From contig CBDFGR010000003.1 in NCBI GenBank assembly GCA_965247115.1, positions 1,728,001 through 1,792,000 of the forward strand: DNA of 64,000 nucleotides, written 5' to 3'. Of this stretch, positions 58,301-64,000 are shown one piece after another (position 1 is the first letter of the stretch; every line of letters begins with the position of its first letter). Under the pieces are notes generated by a model. The model ran no database searches and was not told the origin of the DNA. It saw only the letters and a list, made by a program, of their open reading frames with translations. The stretch comes from Myxococcota bacterium (GTDB lineage: Bacteria; Myxococcota_A; UBA9160; SZUA-336). The position numbers were made by a program, and so were the translations under genes.

Positions 58301-58842
58301 CTGGCGCGCTCGATCTGTGCGAGCAGATGCTCGGCTCGCGAGAGCAGTGCCGTCCGCGAGATGCGCGTTGCAAGAGTCGCGTACACGCGGTCTGCGGTAC
58401 TTGCGAAACCCGCAGGTCTTGCGGGACCCGGCCCACGGGCGGCCGTGGGCCACCCGCCTACGCTCGCCTGCGGCTCGCTGCGCGCCGCGCCTGCGGCGCG
58501 GCTTGCGGGTGCCTGGTCGTGCAGTGGCTGGTCGTCGCTCGGGGTTTGGGATCTCGGGGGGCGCGGTGGGTTTGAGGGGATTGGGTCCGGGGGGTTGTCC
58601 GGGTGCGTTGCCAGATTCACCAGTCGTGCGAGGGCTGCTTCGAGGCGGGTGCGTAGCTCGGTGGCGGCTCGCTCTGTGAAGGTGATCGCGGTGATTTCGG
58701 TCATGTCGAGCTCTTGGTCGACGAGTTGGGTGAGGAGGCGCTCGATGAGCAGGCTCGTCTTGCCGGTGCCGGCTCCGGCGACGACGATGACGTTGCGATC
58801 GTAGCTCTGGACGGCGCTCTGCCGGGCTTCTGCGTCGCTCAT
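55348..58842 (-). CDS. addA: AddA-like UvrD helicase-nuclease
   Basis: AGAGTGKT, ITFT-RAA, VDEFQDT, VGDPKQAIYRFRGA, TIHGAKGLEF, YVA-TRA, G-IDLLY..ADYKT. Confidence 0.85.
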   Translation of the reverse strand: MSDAEARQSAVQSYDRNVIVVAGAGTGKTSLLIERLLTQLVDQELDMTEITAITFTERAATELRTRLEAALARLVNLATHPDNPPDPIPSNPPRPPRSQTPSDDQPLHDQAPASRAAGAARSEPQASVGGWPTAARGPGPARPAGFASTADRVYATLATRISRTALLSRAEHLLAQIERASIDSIHGYCAALLRRFPAESGVDPDFAIDDGPLFDALQEELWEKFLSGSHGPEGEPRDAWRAVLRGIDLGELREIGWRLASFELPAGRTELAPTHALLEPLIRAQLATHAGVRGDGTLGPESYLHVVDRVLQAFLSGGIEAFRVELRSARFQSARGSRGLLDGPPPTSKNAPEAERCARAAHRLLDRLERVDDELCGRALDLLSPFARQVFAESRRRNLLPFNALLLLTRNMLADYPDVRRRISRGLRLLLVDEFQDTDPLQYELVFFLAEDASGPPAARAFETRLAPGKLFIVGDPKQAIYRFRGADMASYHMAVAHVERSGGQRLTLTRSFRAPPELLEPLDRLFPPLLNAPAGTDGAAYSGYDGLHSARPPLSCDGQPRVEVWTVGRDVGRSADRARRDEAAAIASWIARELRAERIAAAEIAILFRAFASVPLYTGALREHGIPYALETGRDLFDRPEGQQLLALLRALAHPDDAPAVLGVLRSALGGVRDAELAAFAATAQRARSTWSYLETEPDPARFPAIARTYALLRNLQTASLERPLDSLLFELAEETGLLALHAAASDGTQRLANLRARLDPLIELARRDSAHTIASILPWLEHSEHALGPPVDRDEELTLLTIHGAKGLEFPIVFLPDLARSPAGGPRGEATTSVHWLREHKSLALRTAGPLSAGAIVREALEAQHESAENRRLFYVACTRASERLILVHGPRQRVAADAPVQHLAAWGYPSEGLANDAVLPGAPEVSHRLVETSPAAQRLPTRKGRADLSRSVGKAQRIAARARAMARPAFRHPAGAGERTPARSDGSDVPSAPVGVGVGGAARGRQIGTVLHEVLERWDFRSRAVALRLLRAAVTRVCRNDGGEPAELERHSLAVLNSLLESELPAYLASVEVVGRELPLLFKDQDGTAWSGTIDLLYRDPDGRLVVADYKTDREPESGARERYRAQLEVYARGVAGAFPNAAPPALELLYLRSGERVRLQ
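58416..58506. repeat. Long palindromic element, copy F, in-frame inside addA
   Basis: GTCTTGCGGGACCCGG..GGCCACCCGCCT..CGCTGCGCG..GCTTGC; the addA frame stays open through it. Confidence 0.8.
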
Positions 58843-61800
58843 GACGCCTCCCCGTTGAGCTCGAAGTAGGGTGCGAAGCTGGCGAATGCGGCGACCCGTT
58901 GCGCGCTCGAGGGGTGCGTGCGCCGACATGCGACCGCGTAGGCGCAGTAGCGGCACCCGTCGTGCTCGCGAAAAGGGAATTGGCTGTCGCGAAGCAGCTC
59001 GCTGAGCACGGCGAGAGGCCGGGCCGTGCTCGCCTCGATGGTTTCGAGGTCGAGCTGTCGCTCTCGCTCGCGTGCCCCACGGCGATCGCGTTCCGGTCTG
59101 AGCGGTACGGAGAGAACCTCTCCGTAAACGAACGGCGTGTCAAAGCTGCGAGCCGCCGCCAGCGCGTAGAGCGGCACCTGCAGCGCGGTCCCTCTCTCGA
59201 CGTTGCCGCGGCGCACGAACGCGTCGGGATCGCGACGGGTCTTGTAGTCACCAACTCGCAGCACTCCTGAGGGACTGCGCACCACGCGGTCCACGCGTCC
59301 GCCCACCTCGAACTTGCCCGCGGCGGCCACGAAGCGCAGCTCCTCTTCGGCGCGCAGGTCGCTCACACCCTCGGGGAGCAACAGCTCCAGGTCGCGCTCG
59401 ATGAAGTCCAGCGCGGCGGAGGTGAGCTGCCGCTGGAGCGCGGCCCACAGCTCCGGGTGGCGCCGCGCGAGGACGCGGCGCAGCTCAGGCGCGAGTGCGC
59501 TCATCGCATGCGGCAGCAGACCGCGCGCGCGCTCCAACGCGTCGTGTGCCGAGGTGCCCGGTCGCAGTGCTCCGGCCTCGAACAGCTCCTGGTAGAGGCG
59601 CGCGAGGAGCGCGTGCACCACGGTGCCCGCCTCCGCCGCTCCGAGCACGTTCGGCGCTGGCGCGTCGAGCTCGCCTACCCGAAGCAGGCGCTGAAAGAAG
59701 GCCTTGAGCGGGCAATTGCCGAGCGTCTCCAGAAAGCTCGGTGAGACGGTCTCCGGAACGGGCGGCGCATCGCTTCCGAGCACCCCGTCGTAGTCGAGCG
59801 GTCCGTCGAGCGAGTCGGTGGTGGCGATGTGTGCGAGCCCAGCAGAGAGGCGCTCGACCGAGTCCGGGAGGTAGGTGCGGGCCAGCGCGAGCGTATCGCT
59901 CTGCTCGTGCGGGTCAGAGGCGAGCGCGCTTGCGACCAGCGCCTCGCTGGCACTGAGCAGGCCCGCGTCCCTGGTCGGCCGTGCGTCGAGCTCCGACAGG
60001 TGCACGGGATGCTCGCCGGTGACTACCGGCAGATCTCGCAGAAACGCGGAGGCCGCCAGATCGCGCTCCCAGGCGTCGGCGCACGGCCTGGTGAGCGTCA
60101 GGCTCGCGCTCGCCTGCGACAGGAGCAGTCCGAGGAGGAAGCGCTCCTCCCGCTCGGCGAGCTCGGCTGCCGGCACGGGCCGACCCGTCGTGCGCCGCAC
60201 AACGAGCCGCAGCTCGTCCGAGAGGAAGGGATCCTCGCGGCGCTGGCGTGGCCAGTTCCGGTGATCAAGCCCGATCAAGAACAGGTGCGGCGTGGCGAGC
60301 GCCCGAGCCTGCAACGCATCGAGCACCCGGACCCCTCCGTTGTCCTCGCTGTGTGGCTGCCAGCTCGCCGATCGAAGCGCCTGCTCGACGCTGGCACGCA
60401 GCTCGTCAGCCGAAGGCCGCTGCTCGCTGTCTCCCGCGACCTGGTCGACGTCTGCGACCTGGTCGACGTCTGCGACCTGGTCGACGTCTGCGACCTGGTC
60501 GACGTCTGCGACCTGGTCGACGTCTGCGACCTGGTCGACGTCTGCGACCTGGTCGACGTCGTCCAGGAGTGCAACGCCTCGGATCGCGTCCCTCGCCAGC
60601 TCATCGGTGCTGGCGTGATCCCCCGCGCTCCCGAGTAGCCGGTCGCCGATTTGGAGTAGCCGAGTCGCACACTCGCGGAAGCTGCGAGCTTCGCGGAGCC
60701 GCCTGGCGGCGGCGTCGAGGTCTGCAAGACGCTCGCGTAGCGAGTCCAGCAGTCGCGGCTCGATGCGACGGGACTCCTGCGCCGCAAGGCGCTCGGCATC
60801 GGCGAGCGCGACCTGCCAGTCCTCTCCCTGCACCACGGCGGCGCGCCGGCAGAGCCAGCTGGCGAGCTGCGCGAGTGCCTGATCTGAAGCGTTGGCGAGG
60901 CGCGGCGAGCGCAGCAGGCGCAGGACGGCGCCGCGTTCCAGATCCCCGAAGAGTGCGTGGACGAGGTCGAGCCAGACCCGAACCGTCGGGAGGCGCAGCA
61001 CAGGCTGGGACAGCGACGAGGTGAAGGGGATCTCGTAGCGGCCGAACACGGGCTCGATCCAGGCCGCATAGGGCTCGAGCGAGCGGGCCACCACGTGGAT
61101 CTCCGCTGGTCTCGTCCCCGCGTCCAGCAGACACAGGATCTCACGCGCGACGCATTCCAGCTCCTGGCGGATACCGCGCGTCCGCAGCGAACGAAGTGCT
61201 CCCGACGGAGCGGCGAGCTCCCGCTCGACGAGCGGCTCTGCAACCACTCTGGCTGGCTCCGGGATGAAGCCCCAGGGCCAGCTCTCCCGCAGCTCGCGTG
61301 CGAAGTCTCCCCCCCAGTCAGGCTGGATCATCCGCAGCGGCAGGACTGCCGCGAGAGCCTCGACCAGGTCGCCGGCAGACCCGACGAGCTCGGTCGCTCC
61401 GTGAAGCTCCGCGCGCTCGAAGCCCATGCGTTCGGTCCAGCCACGCGTCCCGTCTGCCGCCAGGCGGAACAGGCCCACACGTTCGTACATGCCGCGCTCC
61501 GCCAGCCTCTGCAGCGCGCGCTCGTAGGCGGCCAGGACCTGGCGTAGCTCCATTGCCCGCTCCGGGAGGGCGCCGGGAGAGACGCCGGCGTCCCGCAGAT
61601 CCCGGAGCGTTTGCGCGAGCGTTTTCGCCAAGCTCGGTCGCTGGTTGATCAGCGCGGCGAGGCGCGGGCTCGCGCTGACGCAGCGCTGCACCACGCGCGT
61701 GAGGGCCGCTTCGTCGAGCCAGCCGGAGATGGTGACCTCCGTCTCCGCCGCGCAGGCCTCTGCGAGGCCGCGCAGTGTCAGGAAACTGCGACCGAGCACG

Positions 61801-61910
61801 GCACCCCCGCTCCCTTCGCGGAGTGCGTGTACGCGTCGCTCCCCCAGCACGCGCGCTGAGGCGCAGACCTCGAGGATTCGCGGTACCGAGAGTCGCTCGC
61901 TCTCTTTCAA
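58839..61910 (-). CDS. addB: AddB-like partner: inactive helicase scaffold plus Fe-S PD-(D/E)XK nuclease
   Basis: SPS-LE----CP, G-VVH, GRVDRV, VGDYKT, LQVPLY, CRYC-Y---C; TTG start overlaps the upstream stop, and its stop overlaps the addA start. Confidence 0.8.
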   Translation of the reverse strand: MKESERLSVPRILEVCASARVLGERRVHALREGSGGAVLGRSFLTLRGLAEACAAETEVTISGWLDEAALTRVVQRCVSASPRLAALINQRPSLAKTLAQTLRDLRDAGVSPGALPERAMELRQVLAAYERALQRLAERGMYERVGLFRLAADGTRGWTERMGFERAELHGATELVGSAGDLVEALAAVLPLRMIQPDWGGDFARELRESWPWGFIPEPARVVAEPLVERELAAPSGALRSLRTRGIRQELECVAREILCLLDAGTRPAEIHVVARSLEPYAAWIEPVFGRYEIPFTSSLSQPVLRLPTVRVWLDLVHALFGDLERGAVLRLLRSPRLANASDQALAQLASWLCRRAAVVQGEDWQVALADAERLAAQESRRIEPRLLDSLRERLADLDAAARRLREARSFRECATRLLQIGDRLLGSAGDHASTDELARDAIRGVALLDDVDQVADVDQVADVDQVADVDQVADVDQVADVDQVADVDQVAGDSEQRPSADELRASVEQALRSASWQPHSEDNGGVRVLDALQARALATPHLFLIGLDHRNWPRQRREDPFLSDELRLVVRRTTGRPVPAAELAEREERFLLGLLLSQASASLTLTRPCADAWERDLAASAFLRDLPVVTGEHPVHLSELDARPTRDAGLLSASEALVASALASDPHEQSDTLALARTYLPDSVERLSAGLAHIATTDSLDGPLDYDGVLGSDAPPVPETVSPSFLETLGNCPLKAFFQRLLRVGELDAPAPNVLGAAEAGTVVHALLARLYQELFEAGALRPGTSAHDALERARGLLPHAMSALAPELRRVLARRHPELWAALQRQLTSAALDFIERDLELLLPEGVSDLRAEEELRFVAAAGKFEVGGRVDRVVRSPSGVLRVGDYKTRRDPDAFVRRGNVERGTALQVPLYALAAARSFDTPFVYGEVLSVPLRPERDRRGARERERQLDLETIEASTARPLAVLSELLRDSQFPFREHDGCRYCAYAVACRRTHPSSAQRVAAFASFAPYFELNGEAS
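60436..60560. repeat. Perfect 18-bp tandem repeat x7 encoding (DVDQVA)7 in addB
   Basis: GCGACCTGGTCGACGTCT: six full copies plus 17 of 18 nt. Confidence 0.97.
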
Positions 61911-63052
61911 CGAAGCTCGCGAAAGAAGTCCCGGATCTCCCCGATCAGCACGTCTGGCTCTTCGAGTGCTGCGAAGTGCCCCCCGGACTTCAAGCGTGCC
62001 CAGCGTCGGATGTTGTAGCGTCGCTCCGCCCAAGCGCGCGGCGGCTTCGCCATCTCGCCGGGAAAGAGGGCAACGCCGGTCGGCACCTCGACCCGCTCCT
62101 GCCCGGCGCCGAAGCCCCCTGTGTGCATGGTCTCGTAGTAGAGTCGCGTACTCGACGTGATCGACTGCGTGATCCAGTAGATCATGATGTTGGTCAGGAG
62201 CTCATCCTTGGTGAAGCGGCTCTCTACGTCTCCGCCACAATCGCTCCAGGTGCGGAACTTCTCCACGATCCATGCTGCCAGGCCCACGGGGGAGTCGTTC
62301 AGCCCGTAGCCCAGCGTCTGGGGCTTCGTGCCCTGGATCCGCTGGTAGCCCGTCTCCTGGTTGCGGAACTCAGCGGTGCGGGCCAGGTCCTCCAGCTCGT
62401 CGGGAGCGAGCCCCGCGGTCGGGTCCGCCTCTCCTTTGGGTCGTCCGGCAACCACCATGTTGAGATGGATACCCCGGACGTGCTCCGAGTCGAGCAGCCC
62501 GAGCCAGGTGGAGACGATTGCCCCCCAGTCCCCTCCTTGCGCCCCGTACGCCTTGTACCCAAGGGCCTGCATGAGCCTGGCCAGCGTCTCGGCGACCGCG
62601 CGCGCGTCGAAGCCGGGTCTGCTCGGTGCGCTCGAGAAGCCGTAGCCTGGCATCGAGGGACACACCACGTGGAAGGCGTCCTCGGCGCGCCCGCCGTGCG
62701 CTACGGGATCGGTGAGGGGGCCGAGGATCTTGTAGAACTCGAAGACCGAGCCTGGCCAGCCGTGCGTGATGACCAGCGGGAGCGCGTCGGGCTCGCTCGA
62801 CCTGGCGTGTACGAAGTGGAGGTCGAGGTCAGCGAGCTTCGTCTTGTACTGGGCGTAGCGGTTCAGGATTTTCTCCTGCTCTCGCCAGTCGAACTCGTGC
62901 TGCCAGTAGTCGACCAGCTCGCGCAAGTAGCCGAGCTCGGTTCCGTACTCCCAGCCCGCGCCTTCGAGTTGATCGGGAAAGCGCGTGTTCGCGAGCCTGA
63001 GCTGCAGGTCTTCTAGCAGAGAGTCCGGAACGTGGACCACGAACTTCTCCAT
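61907..63052 (-). CDS. Epoxide hydrolase (EHN plus alpha/beta hydrolase)
   Basis: FDWR-QE, HGWPGS, PGYGFS, QGGDWG, DSPVGLAAWI-EKF, GGHFAA-E. Confidence 0.93.
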   Translation of the reverse strand: MEKFVVHVPDSLLEDLQLRLANTRFPDQLEGAGWEYGTELGYLRELVDYWQHEFDWREQEKILNRYAQYKTKLADLDLHFVHARSSEPDALPLVITHGWPGSVFEFYKILGPLTDPVAHGGRAEDAFHVVCPSMPGYGFSSAPSRPGFDARAVAETLARLMQALGYKAYGAQGGDWGAIVSTWLGLLDSEHVRGIHLNMVVAGRPKGEADPTAGLAPDELEDLARTAEFRNQETGYQRIQGTKPQTLGYGLNDSPVGLAAWIVEKFRTWSDCGGDVESRFTKDELLTNIMIYWITQSITSSTRLYYETMHTGGFGAGQERVEVPTGVALFPGEMAKPPRAWAERRYNIRRWARLKSGGHFAALEEPDVLIGEIRDFFRELR

Positions 63053-63230
63053 TGGGTGCCTCCACCTCGGCAGCAGCGACGCTCTCCCGGTTGCCCGAGA
63101 AGGCGTCGCCGAGCGCCGGTCTCCCCACGAGACGCTCTATGAGAACACCCGCCCTGGCGTCTCGCAAGTCATCACTTCACAGCGTCGAAAAACGGTTGAC
63201 TCCGACGGACGCTGGGCGTAGGTAGTATGT

Positions 63231-63550
63231 ATCGGTCGGTCGAGACCGAGGGTACGGAGGAGTGAGGTACTCGCCCCGTCGGCTCGATCAGTCCTCGGAC
63301 AAATGACCGACCGAGATGTCGAGGGGGCGGGTGTGCGGGTGCTCCGGTGACCCACCGGGGGCGTCAAACATAGCCGGGAGGGCAGAAGGCGCTCTCCGAC
63401 TCGAGCGACACGACGAGGTGTGTCGCCACCACGGTGCCGCGACGACACGAGTCGGTGTTCTTCTGCCGCAGTCAGTGCCCTACAAGACCTGTCTGGCTTC
63501 CGCGCAGAAGTGGTTCCGTGGCTGAGCGTCACCGTCACCCGCAGCCTCCA
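63231..63550 (+). ncRNA. Candidate structured non-coding RNA, family unknown
   Basis: At least 8 nested helices with G-U pairs on the + strand; TTGACT and TAGTAT boxes just upstream; no credible ORF. Confidence 0.5.
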
Positions 63551-63573
63551 ACTCTCTTCTCGCGCGACCGGTC

Positions 63574-64000
63574 CTACCGGAAGTCGTGAGATAGTGGGAG
63601 CTGGGCGCGCAGGCTAGCGCCGTCCAAGCGCTCGAACCTGCGTGCCTGCACGTGGACCACGCCTTCCTGGTTCTGAAGCGGACCCTCGATGAGCAGCAGC
63701 CCGGCGCCGTGAATCACGGCGCGGTGCTGATGGAACATGTCGGGCACCACGATCGCGTTCGCGTGGCCGGTCTCGTCCTCGAGGGTGATGAAGAGGAAAC
63801 CTTTTGCCGTACCGGGCCGCTGGCGCACGATCACCACACCGGCAGTGCTTACCCATTGACCATTGGGCGCCTGCCGCAGCTCTTTCGCTGTCAGCACCCC
63901 CCGCTCGTGGAGCTCCTTGCGGAAGTGCGTCATCAGGTGCGCGCCCGTCGTGAGGCCGGTCCCCCGGTAGTCGGCTACGGTTCGCTCGAAGTCGTTCATC
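63574..64000 (-). CDS. dnaE2: Error-prone DNA polymerase DnaE2, C-terminal part (5' end outside window)
   Basis: ADY---GL, RQRPGTAKG--F-TLEDETG OB fold, terminal SHDFR (DnaE2 SRDF-type motif). Confidence 0.92.
   Translation of the reverse strand, partial: MNDFERTVADYRGTGLTTGAHLMTHFRKELHERGVLTAKELRQAPNGQWVSTAGVVIVRQRPGTAKGFLFITLEDETGHANAIVVPDMFHQHRAVIHGAGLLLIEGPLQNQEGVVHVQARRFERLDGASLRAQLPLSHDFR

Noticed and set aside
58400..58610. Intein in AddA
   Set aside because: No Cys/Ser...His-Asn splice motifs and too short; the DNA matches the repeat family instead
63316..63525. 69-aa ORF inside the structured intergenic region
   Set aside because: No RBS or recognisable motif; the sequence is better explained by base pairing
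63323..63550. tmRNA or tRNA-Ala-like element (GGGGGC...GCCTCCA with a G3-U pair)
   Set aside because: No T-arm (GTTCGA), no tag frame ending in ALAA-like residues, too short, and the seventh acceptor pair mismatches

Overview
High-GC bacterial chromosomal segment. The sigma-54 system, LPS-heptose gene, topoisomerase VI and AddAB-like pair suggest a Myxococcota/deltaproteobacterium-like organism (inference). It holds about 60 densely packed, mostly housekeeping genes: acyl-CoA ligases, asd, ggt, ntrBC-thiE-nupC, moeA/mobA, fur, lemA-TPM, top6B/top6A, xth, an RDD-SpoIIM-MoxR-DUF58 operon, addA/addB-like genes and the 3' end of dnaE2. No rRNA, tRNA, CRISPR array, transposase or prophage was seen. 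Signals the ORF track misses: (1) an ArsC-like UxxC selenoprotein with an in-frame TGA and a SECIS-like hairpin; (2) a dispersed palindromic repeat family (six long copies plus six REP-like 22-mers), one copy translated in-frame inside the addA-like helicase, with a strand-specific A+C / G+T compositional halo beside several copies; (3) a ~320-nt, heavily base-paired orphan region between the epoxide hydrolase gene and dnaE2 that looks like an unannotated ncRNA; (4) ten genes with a TAnnnT box 6-8 nt before the start codon, suggesting widespread leaderless mRNAs; (5) a DUF455 diiron domain fused to an ATP-grasp domain; (6) an Fe-S PD-(D/E)XK nuclease ending in a beta-clamp-like motif; (7) a perfect 18-bp x7 coding VNTR in addB. 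All calls are by eye from motifs; no database searches were run.
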